DNA from: Marsupella aquatica
Lineage: Eukaryota > Plantae > Marchantiophyta
Length of the DNA: 64,000 bases
NCBI GenBank assembly: GCA_973895155.1
Contig: OZ316895.1
Coordinates: forward strand, 2,901,659 to 2,965,658
Reading direction: 5' to 3'
The notes beneath the pieces were generated by a model. That model made no database searches, was not told the DNA's origin, and saw nothing but the letters and a program-made list of their open reading frames with translations. The stretch's first letter is position 1; the number at the start of each line of letters is the position of its first letter. Of the stretch, positions 25,036-35,159 are shown one piece after another. Made by a program: the position numbers and the translations under genes.

Positions 25036-26535
25036 TCACGAAAAAACGTCTTTTTTTGAAACTTCTCATAAAACTCAAAACTCAACACCGCCGTGTAGCC
25101 CACGAAGCTAGAAGTCCAATACTGAAAGCCAAAATCAAAATCATAATTCGACGGAAAAGTTATTCAAATTTTGGTTGGGGTGGGTAAAACCTTGGGAAAC
25201 TCCCCCGTTTTTACCACCTCGAAGAATAACCAAAATACCAAGTACAACCCGTCGTCGGAATCGCGATGTGATCGGTGCGCCGCGTTGCTAACTCCAGTGG
25301 TAACGTCCTTGCCGAAAAAGAACTAAAAAAGTTACCATTCGGCGGACGGAATCTTTATCGAACGGCCAAAAAACAGCTCTCTATTTTTTGGAGGAATATT
25401 CTTGCACAGTCCAACAGGGCTCACAGGGGGCCGTTCCCCCTGTCGGAGCGGTTAAAATAGAGGGTCACAGGGCCCGGGATGAGGCACAACCAATGAGGAG
25501 GAGGAGAGAATTTTTTTTTCAGAAAAACACACTCTAAAGGGGTATTAAAGCCCCTGGCAAAGGCGTGCGTATTTGCGGCCAGAATCGCGTATAAACAACA
25601 AAAAACGTGAGAAAATGGGTTTAAAGGGGTCAAAATGCACATATTTTTGCATATTTGGGGCGTATATGGGCGTTTTTGGCCGTATTTGGGCCCAAAAAGC
25701 ACGTTTTCATGCTTAAAGGGGTGTGGGAGGCCGGTGTTAGCGCCGGGGCATATGGCGAACCTGGTTTGTCGGGTATTGGGGCCGTATTGGGGCAAAAAAT
25801 GCCCTAAACTAATCTTAAAAATGTGCCCAAAATGACACAAAGGCCGTGTTACAAACCTCAGGCGCCTCCGCTTCGGTTTCCAATGAGAAAAGTGATGACC
25901 GCCGACATGAAAATGTTTCCGAATTGCACCGGCACGTCTGAAGCTCCACCAGAGAAAGAACTTCTGTTGCGTCGCCTTCACTCCGCGTCAAGTGCCAATC
26001 CCGGACTCAAAATGACCGTCTCGCCATGATCTCTCCGTTGAGCCTCAGCACTTCGCGTTTCTTCCTCCGAGTCAAGCGTCATGACGAGTAATCCGGTTCA
26101 GGGAAAAACAAGCACCATAGCTTGTCAAAAAACCAGAACGCCTCCTTCACTCGTCACGACGCACTCATTCCGCAAACGTCAGCAAACTAGATACCAAAAC
26201 GACCAGCACGCTCCAACCTTCAACTTGAACTATCACATGCGACGCCCCGCACACCGCATAGCTCACACCGTTGAAGAAACGATCTCTGGTTCTCCCCCAA
26301 AATACCGTCGAACACGAATAAACCCTGAACGACGCAAACATCAAATCCTCCGCACCACGGATACCGATCAACGAGTTCTAATCACCGTTAGAAAGCCCTC
26401 TCACTAACCTATCCGCACAACCACATACATTTGAGTTTCATGCGACGAAACTCCGAATGTACCATCGACAATGAATGCTGGAAAAACCTGTCATGAAAAA
26501 ACCTCATCACCTCCTAGGCATACTCTGATACCACT

Positions 26536-26879
26536 TGTTGAGCATAGACGACATTCACAACGGCAAGCCCATGAACCATCCAACGCACAATAGTCGACAC
26601 AGAGAGATACGTGGTTCACCTCCACATGAGCCTACGTCCACGGGAACACACAAGAGCTTTACTGCACTCTAGGCCGACCGGCCATACCAAGCATCCACAG
26701 CACAAGCTCTCCCTATCTCTCAACTAGCTCCGTAACAATGAGCCTAAGTTCCACCAGGGTCTGGCATCAGCCCTGGCTATATGCACAACAGCACTACCGC
26801 TAACCTTAGCTAGGTCCTAACCCGAGTTAGCCTAACTGTGGTTAGCACAAGAGTCACAAGACTAGAGCAATATCTAACA
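26536..26879 (-). repeat. 5' LTR of the copia element (344 bp)
   Basis: Near-identical to 20218-20561 and adjacent to the PBS. Confidence 0.95.
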
Positions 26880-27957
26880 GGTACCAGGAAAAGAAAATTG
26901 CGCTTCCTAAAAGGCAAACCAAACAAGGGATTTGGAAAATTCATCAGGAGCAGCACACTCCCAAAGACCGGGTAGTGATCAGGGACCGGCGGGGTCCCAT
27001 ACAGTGGGCCCATGCTAAAGGGGAACACTCTATCAGTCTACCAGTAGCGCAGCCTCTAAACCTGTAATGTAGTGTGGCTCATGGGGACGCGGGGGAAGGG
27101 CTGAACTTGAAGGGTATCATCATGGATTAGCCAAAGTCCATTCCATGTGCCATAATCCCGAGACATTGCGTGATGAGCCTCTCCAAAGGTGGACTTCCCC
27201 ATGCAAATCTTGGCTTTATGTTGGGCCCAGTCCCGTTGGAGGTAGATGCCGAGTCGATACCAAGCCTGACTTCAAGTCTTGACAATCTTAATTGACAGGG
27301 CAGTCAAGCTCTCAACTGCTTTGGATGAAAATGTCACTTTTACATTTGTTGAGTAATGGGATTACTTCTTGATGACTAGGGCATCAAGTTGCCATCCATA
27401 CTTGCAGTGTGCGCCTTAAAAAATGAAATTTTGGTGTATGTCGAGCCTTGAGTAAAGTCTGACAAAGTGACACATGGGGTCAACTGAAAATATGGCACTA
27501 CAAGTGGTCTGGCATTTACAGGTCCTTTTTCGGCACATCATGTAAACAATGCTATCAGGGCAACTTCAGAGTATTTGTGCCAGTCCATGGAGGTTTGTGG
27601 GTCCCTGGGGTCCAAATCGAATGAGATAAAATATCAAATCTAAAATGTATATCACAAATCTGATAACACCATGTGATATAGATCCAGATCCTCCCATTTC
27701 CCCTAGTGGTGTATCGTGACAGGCTTTCGCACAACTCACCCAAGTTGATTGTCCATCACTCAATCGGGGAGATTAATCATCAGATTCTGGAGACAGACAA
27801 CCCGACAAGAAGAGAAGGCCAACCACCATCATATGCGATAGCACTTGTATGGTAAAATTCAATTGCCCCACTGCACAAGTGCACACTGCACAGCCAGTGA
27901 GCCAGTGTTGAAACACACGTGCCTGCGTTGCCTTTTCCTTTCTTCAAGTCTCTGTAC

Positions 27958-27961
<4 letters not shown>

Positions 27962-28002
<41 letters not shown>
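27962..28002. repeat. (TA)n microsatellite, ~20 units
   Basis: Perfect tata run. Confidence 0.98.
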
Positions 28003-28005
<3 letters not shown>

Positions 28006-29091
28006 CTGCCATTTTAAGCTTTGCACTTGAAGAAAAGGTTGACCTCCTCTCTGTGTCGTTCTGGTATGTGCCAAAACCCCAGGTGGCTCCACCCAAGGTA
28101 TGCAGGTGACTAACTTAAATGACTCAAACCCCAAGCCGGTGGGAGTCGTGAGATCTGGTCTATTTGGGGAAGTTTGGTGCAACCGTTTTTCGTCTGGTTT
28201 CATACAGTAATTTCGCTATTTCTTCTGTGGAGTTCAGGATTTCTCAGGGTTGGCATTTAGGATCTATCCATTTCGGATCTGGCGCCTTCATATCTTTCCT
28301 CGACGAATGGTTTCTCTCGAGTGGAAGCTTCTTGGTACCAATGAAAGATCCACTCCAAGTGTGTAGTCTACAGCACCCAGTGCATTGAGAAATATCTCAG
28401 CCAGGTCTTTATATACAAGACTAGCTTTGAACATTCTTATTGCCATCCCGACTGAGGATGACCCAAACTTTGGCGTACATGTGTCCTGGATTGGAAATTA
28501 ATCCCCTACTTTAGTATATGTTAGTGTAATCTCTCAGACTTATTTCATAAAAATATGTAGACATTCTGGTACAGAACCCCTAGAATGGACGTCTCCAGGG
28601 AAGAAGTTGCATGTTATTTCCTTACGTGCTGGAATGTCTTTTAATAGTAGACCTAACTGCAGAGGTTGTACGTGTTCTAGTGCAAGTTTTACAAAACGTT
28701 TTCAAATAGAACCTATCGGCAAACTCTTTTTGACATGAACTGGCATGACCTGACAAAACCAGCACAAAACGGCAGGAAAATTTGCATGGAAACTCTTTTG
28801 GCAACCAAATCGATGCATAGAAGTTGTTGAAAGGAAGGACCAACAAATAGAAAACTAATAAGTTTATGGATAGGTCTCATGTGCTGAAATGTGTGATTGT
28901 CATTGCTTCAAAAATGTTAGAATTCTTTTTTCAATATATAGTGTCTCACAATTAAGGTTCTCCAAGCATCTTTCCTTGGAAGACATGTTCTTGAATTTGT
29001 GCTAGAATGCACAAAAAATATATGGGACTTTCAGGTGAGTATATTCTCATGACATCACTTATATAACTCATAGATAAACTCATAAACTCAT

Positions 29092-29544
29092 GGCACATTT
29101 GCTACTAAGTGGTGGCGAAGTGGCTTGGGAATTGATACAAAGAGGTTTTTCAAAAGGCTTTGGTGAATATTTGCTAAAGTATCCATATTTGACCATACAT
29201 GGATCTCTAGTCATAATTTGACTAAACAAACCTGTTAAGCCTGGGAGGCTTCTAGTGACCCGCGGCCCTCCCCGCTTGCCAGTACAGGAAACGGCGTAGA
29301 GCACTTTTATGTGGAAATTTTTTCCAAAAGATACTTCACTTAGCATTAAAAGCACTCTTCATTTTTTGTACAAGTTTTGGCATATTTGCTACCAGGTGGT
29401 GGTGAAGTGGCTTGCAAATGAATCGAAGAGGTTTGTAAGAGCTTAGTGATTATCTGCCAAAATCATCAGTCCATATCCAATAGTCCATAGATCTAATGGT
29501 CATTTTGTGACTGTACAAACTTGTTAAGCCTTGGAGCCTTCTAT
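29092..29544. repeat. Degenerate direct repeat of ~170-180 bp (29092-29274; 29379-29544)
   Basis: Both copies begin ggca(c/t)atttgctac...gtggtgg(c/t)gaagtggcttg and end tgttaagcct(g/t)ggag(g/c)cttcta. Confidence 0.75.
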
Positions 29545-30748
29545 GTGCAGCATAAGTGCCACCTGTCCAACTACAAAAGGAAAGCTGCTTAAAAGCCTTA
29601 GTTTGCCAATTTTGGCTAAAACTGTGCCAGTTTCTTTTCTAGATTAGCCAGTTCCTTGCCTAACAACAGACCCCATTAGCCCAAATCTGATGGTTATCCT
29701 TAAATGTAGGAAGATCTAACAGTTAAAAATTAACAGAAGAAAATTAGAGAAGGAATATTCTTAGCATTGTCTCCTTCATGCAAGACTACATTCACCCACC
29801 CTGGTGAAAAAGAGATAGCCTTTAAGTAAATTTAAAATGACCAGTCTATGTTGCCCACCTAAGAGCATCGACGCCCATGTCCTAGCCCTGTATCCCCTAC
29901 ACGTCCCAACAGTGATCAATTTTCTGGGGGTTGCTACCCCAGCAGTACTTTGCATAGCTCAATGAATCTATCTCCACATCTGCCACCAAAAGTGGACTCT
30001 AGCAAAGCCCACCTTGGCACCTTACCATATGAGTGATCAACTTGCAATGATCAAGTGACAATGCACTCAAGTACCAGTCTATTTTAGTGAGTGAAAAGGC
30101 ATCATCCCCACTTGAAACTACAGGAAACTGTGTCTACGAGGAACTAAGAGTGAAAAATCCAGAGCAATCGTAGTTAGCGAAGATATTTTTCACCCCCTCC
30201 ATGTACTGTAGTGCGGTCTTGGTTTGCACAAACCCCACAATAAACAAATGATTATTCCGCAAAGTAGCCCCACTAGCAAAACTTTGTGGGGTCCTTGTGA
30301 AACTTAGAAATATTTTGTCATGCAAATCTCAAAGAATGCTCCAAGCATCCTGGTGCAAGCACTGATTACGGACCCCCACTAGGGGTCTCTTGTAAATTCT
30401 CTGCCATGAGGTTGCGCCACATCACCACAACTAGCCACAAACAGGAATAATCATACTTTTAACAATAACAAACATGCACATTCATGTTTGTGGCAAAAGC
30501 AAAGTAATTTTTGGGACGCCATGCCGTAAATATTAAATGTAAAAAAAAACCAAAATACAAATGAAGAGATGTCATTTAGTAAAACAAAGTTATCATTTTG
30601 ATGTTTGTCAAAGATATATCAGTGTTTTATATCAAAATGCTCATATTTTTTAATTGTTTGCAAATTTGAAAAAAACAATCGATAGAAATGTACATAGTTA
30701 AGACCCCTTTGGCTTCACATTGTAAAACTAAATAATAAATCTCCTTTG

Positions 30749-31230
30749 TACTTGATAAAATAGATCTGCCAATGTTTGATTCATTGGAAAATTCAAGATC
30801 ACAATTTAGAAACTTGTGATCTCTTTAGTAATGTTTGACTTGATAAAATCTCTCAATGTCACACTCATTGGAAAGCTAGAGTAAAATTAAAAACTCATCA
30901 TCTCCTTAGTACTTGACAAAATCTATCAATGTTAGGTTCATTGGAAAGCTAGAGAAATTTAGATACTCATAATTTCTCTATTTCTTGACAAATAATCTCA
31001 ATGTCACACATTAGAAAGCTAAAGAGATTGAAAACCTCCTGATCTCTTGAGTACCGTGACAAAATTTGACATGAAATTTGTCAATGTCGGACTCAATGTT
31101 AGAAAGCTAGAAGAATTCATGAACTCATGATCAAAATTTTTTATACTCACACTCATTGGAAAGGCGAAGAAATTCAAAAACTCATATGGAACTTGACAAA
31201 ATTTGTCAATTTGAGGCTCATTGGAAACCC
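30749..31230 (+). repeat. Degenerate tandem array with ~72-bp period (about 6 units)
   Basis: Recurring cttga(c/t)aaaat...caatgt...tcattggaaagctagag at ~30749, 30837, 30910, 30982, ~31065 and 31190. Confidence 0.75.
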
Positions 31231-31719
31231 TTTCTCGATTAAGAGATATCACAATCTCGTCACCGTCACAAGCTTAGCCGCTACAAATTGATTTCTTTGA
31301 TTCTTTGATCTGAGCCAAAACCTAGAGAGTTGAGACTCCCTATTGTAAGAACATATTTTCTTTGTGCAGTTGAACAGGTAGAATGATCTTCATGTTTTGG
31401 CCAATAAATCTTGAGACATGAATATCCCAATGCATCCTTGAATGCCTGGAATCTGTTTTCCCTCCAAATGATGCTGTTCTATGAATCACATGTCCCAACG
31501 TGCATTACTGTCAGTTAATGAGCCTATATGTGTCCCCAACCAAGCTATCATTTTTGGTGTAACTTTAGCCCTAGAGCAAAATGTGTACTCAGCTTATGGC
31601 AAGGGATAAAACCTGAATATTTGAGGAGCACATGTGCAATGAGTTCACTAATTCACATACAAGTTCACTAATTAGTAAGATAGGTCACATAGCCTTACTC
31701 AACAAAGACTTGGTAAACT

Positions 31720-32047
31720 CTCGGGGGGGTCACTATATGGAGGGTCATACATCGCGTGCGACGTTTTAGGGTTTGACCCCCCTAACTTTAAAGTGAAAAA
31801 TATTTTTTTGCAAAGCCCTTTCTTTCTTAAAATTTTGTCATTTTTTATTAAAAAACCCCTAAAAACTTTATAGAAAGTATTTTTTGCAATTAAATAGGCC
31901 TATGTGTTCTTTAAAGTCGACCAATCAATAAAACATGCCCTATGTGTTCTTCCACCAAACTTTGGAAGTCTTCCGCCACACCCATTTAAATGGGCCTATA
32001 CTTCGTCGCACGTGATGTGTCACTTCCGTGGAAGTGACCCCCCCGAG
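31720..32047. mobile_element. MITE, CTCGGGGG-terminus family, copy 4 (best preserved)
   Basis: ctcgggggggtcact...catcgcgtgcgacg at the 5' end and cgtcgcacgtgatg...agtgacccccccgag at the 3' end (15-bp perfect outer TIR). Exact 8-bp TSD ggtaaact at 31712-31719 and 32048-32055. Confidence 0.92.
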
Positions 32048-34200
32048 GGTAAACTGTGAAAATAAAACTCTGGTATGTGATTCTAGTCTTTCTCTGAGAT
32101 TAAAAAGTAAATTCTTTAGATAGTAACACTTTGGTAACACGGCATTGTGGGCCATAATTGTCTTGTGGGCCATAATCTACAACTATAATAAGGGATCCCA
32201 CCTTTTGTTGTCCTTAGTCCCAATACAAAAAAGCTCCTGGGCGGGAAAGATCCACAGCTGTTGGATTCAATTACCTGTTTTCTCTGACCATTGATGAAGA
32301 AATATGCACCCCTAGCACATATGTGCTTCCCGCTGCCCCATAAAGGCTCCGGCCTGACTCCCTATGGGCATGCCCTCCTTGCACAGTGCAATGCACTGGC
32401 ATAGGGCCCGTTCCCTAGAAATATGAAGGTTAGAGCTCGAGTCCCGAGAGGCTATTATTGCCCAGAATACGCTAGAAAGAGCATTCTATTACACTTGAAT
32501 GCCAAAGAGACTTGTTTTAAAGTGGTTTGATCTTAAATAAGGGAGAAGTTTCAGAATTCCAGGATTGAAATCTGGACTGTGCATTTTTCTTCAGAAAAGC
32601 ACCAAAATTACAAAGGGCTCCCTAAAAGCACAGAAAAGTATTCCACTAGGGAGATACCTGGTTTCTTAGGGGCTTGATTTAGGTAGCCTTTGGGCTCAGG
32701 ATTGTCACAAGTTTCTGTTCCTCTGGCCGCCGGTTAACGTTGTGCCTATATCAGTATTTGTGCCTCGGCCTCTCATCCGTGGGGCTTTAGCAGTTTAACG
32801 TACATACAAAGGGCAAAGCACAATAAACTGCAATGCGAACTACCACTCAAGTTAAGTTAACAAGGCCCCTCTTGTTGGAACGAGGACTAACATTTTGGCT
32901 CCAAGACTTTCTATGGCACTTTGGATTTTTTTGAAGCTGCTATATGGTGAATGCAACTTTTGGTATTTTGTCTTATTCAAACTTCTTTTGTTATGCATTT
33001 TTATTTCAATGTGTCTTACCAAGGTGCATCCTTTGTATAGTTTAGATTTCCAATTTATTCTGGCACCCCTCTAATTTTTTTAAATCTTTGCTATATTTTA
33101 AGATCATCCACCCTGTAACAAAGTTAGTTGAATTTCTAGCCCTTATTCTCACGAGTACAAAAGAAATGATCTAAATAATGTGCATATCTTATGTATTTAA
33201 GTACTAGTCATGGTTTTGTGTCTTAAATTTATGATTTTAATTATTTTGAGTGTCATTAACTAAAATAAATATCTCTACTCATGTACATTATGTGTACATC
33301 TCAATATCATAAATTTAAATTTTACTGTTCATTTTTTTTTAACATGAGTATTTTTATTTTTGTACCCTGCACAAGTTTCAATATCATAGACTGTACATAT
33401 TTCTAGTCAATATCCTGTTTATTTAATTAGAATATCTATATATCACTAAAAAACATGTATATCATTAAAAAAATAAAACATGTTCCAGGAGCATGCTATA
33501 TGGAACTTGGCACCAGAAAAAAGCAAAATACTGCTTTATTAGGTTGGTGTAGAATAGATTTCCTTTCCTAGCCTAATAATACGGCTGTGCCCGGAGTCAC
33601 TGTAGTGAGGAGTAGGGTCTAGGGGACAGCTCTTTTGTGTTGCGCCTGCCCCCTGCCCCCCTGCCGCAGCCTGCCCGTCAGGGTATTGAATGCAGTCGTA
33701 CACAGTCATGCCTTTTTGAATCTTATGGAATCATCATCGAGCCAGCCCACTAGCCCAGCCCGGCAGCCCAGCCCAGCCTACTAGTCTAGGGCCTAGGCTG
33801 CCCTGCCAGCACGAGGGAACAAAAATGGCACGAAATTTCGCCGCATGTCCGAAAAAGGTCCTCGTACGGTTAGAAGAGGGATGTAGAATGATAGTAAATA
33901 GTTAAATACCCTGTACGAGTAGAAACGCGTACGGTCGGACCAGGGAGGTGAATATTTAGTAAACTCCTCTACTAGGAAAATCTCTGCAGTAATGGTGACT
34001 GGGTTCACGCATCCCGAAGTGAAAAAGTTAGTTTCCTGGAGGTGGTCATTTATATTTCTCCCGACCACAAAGTTTTCTCACCCCACTTTTTCTGGCATTT
34101 TCACAGTGGCTATCCAAAATATGGGTTCGTGGCCTATTCCTAGAATGTGGCAACGTATGAAAGTTTTCAGGGTGCAGCGTCTGGTGTTTAGAGCCAACGT

Positions 34201-34418
34201 GCATGTGAAGGGTTGTAAAAATGTAGGCCCTAAACTTCAGTTATGTCACCCAACTTGCATGTGAAGGGTTGTCAAAAATTAGGCCCTAAACTTCAGTTAT
34301 GTCACCCAACTTGCACGTGAAAGGTTGTCAAAAATTAGGCCCTAAACTTCAGTTATGTCACCAAACTTGCATGTGAAGGGTTGTCAAAAAGTAGGCCCTA
34401 AACTTTAGTTATGTCACC
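34201..34418. repeat. 56-bp minisatellite, ~4 copies
   Basis: gcatgtgaagggttgtcaaaaattaggccctaaacttcagttatgtcacccaactt starts at 34201, 34257, 34313 and 34369. Confidence 0.95.
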
Positions 34419-34615
34419 TTATGTATGGAGCAGAGTTGTCTGTCACATCCTCCTCCTACACCAGGCCTGATGCCGGTTTTTATGGAATCCTGAGGGCAAG
34501 GGCTGGAACCTTTCCCACCTTGCATTTTCTGTCTTCTTGTACTTGTGTCATCGGCCTCCTGGATGCTTGTCATTGTGGAAGATCTCCTTTTTGCTGCAGT
34601 TGAAGGGCCACATTT

Positions 34616-35159
34616 TATTTTATTTTATTTTTAATGAAAGGAGGGGCCAACCCCATCAATTAACCTGGGGGCAAAAACCGCCCGGGAAAAAAAGGACAGG
34701 GTACAACACAAATCAAAGAAGAAACTCCCAGGAGAGAAGAGAACCCCAAGTCTCCTCCCCCCCCAACTACCCACGACAGCAACCCCAGAGAGCTGGGCGT
34801 CCAAGCCACAACCCCAAGGGGAGCGGCACAAACCAAGCCAAGTCGACACCAACTTCTGTCTATACAGCAGAGTCCCCCCTCTACTCCCTAAGTAATTAGT
34901 AAGGTAACCTTTCCCCGGCAGACTAAGCTGTCTACACTTTGCAACAAAAACATGCACCTGAGCGTCAGCCCAATCCACCTCAGCCATCCCTTGGCCAGAC
35001 CCAAGAGTGAAGCAAATGCACCGGGATTCACTCTTCATAGCTACCATTACCATGATCCCTTGTGGTCTCGGTTTGCTCCACAGTTTGGAGGATGTTGTTC
35101 AGCTCTTGATTAGTTCTCTGAGTCTGTCGACACTTCTTGGATGTGCTGCTGGACCTAAT
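34616..35159 (-). mobile_element. Probable truncated non-LTR retroelement 3' end
   Basis: (taaaa)n A-rich tail on the minus strand at ~34612-34632. Candidate 10-bp TSD ggccacattt at 34606-34615 and 35160-35169. G/T-rich 3'UTR-like composition. Confidence 0.45.

Larger units (their letters stand above)
20218..26879 (-). mobile_element. Full-length Ty1/copia LTR retrotransposon (Tnt1/Tork-like), coding region disabled
   Basis: TG...CA LTRs at 20218-20561 and 26536-26879. TSD ggtac at 20213-20217 and 26880-26884. PBS tggtatcagag (tRNA-iMet) at 26533-26523 and PPT agggggagtt at 20571-20562. Domain order: gag (KFEVEKYDG), protease (WILDSAC), integrase (VHSDVWGP, LRSDN.GEY), RT (YKARLVAKGF, IYVNDML), RNase H (YVDSDY, TEAEY, NPADAFTK). 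Confidence 0.97.
20094..27263 (-). mobile_element. 5'-truncated LINE (L1-like) fragment of ~500 bp, split by the copia insertion (pieces 20094-20217 and 26885-27263)
   Basis: 17-bp TSD gcctgacttcaagtctt at 20077-20093 and 27264-27280, with a short T-run at the left end. The minus strand from 27262 reads WYRLGIYLQRDWAQHKAKICMGKSTFGEAHHAMSRDYGTWNGLWLIHDDTLQVQPFPRVP, which resembles the ORF2 C-terminus of non-seed-plant L1s. Confidence 0.7.
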
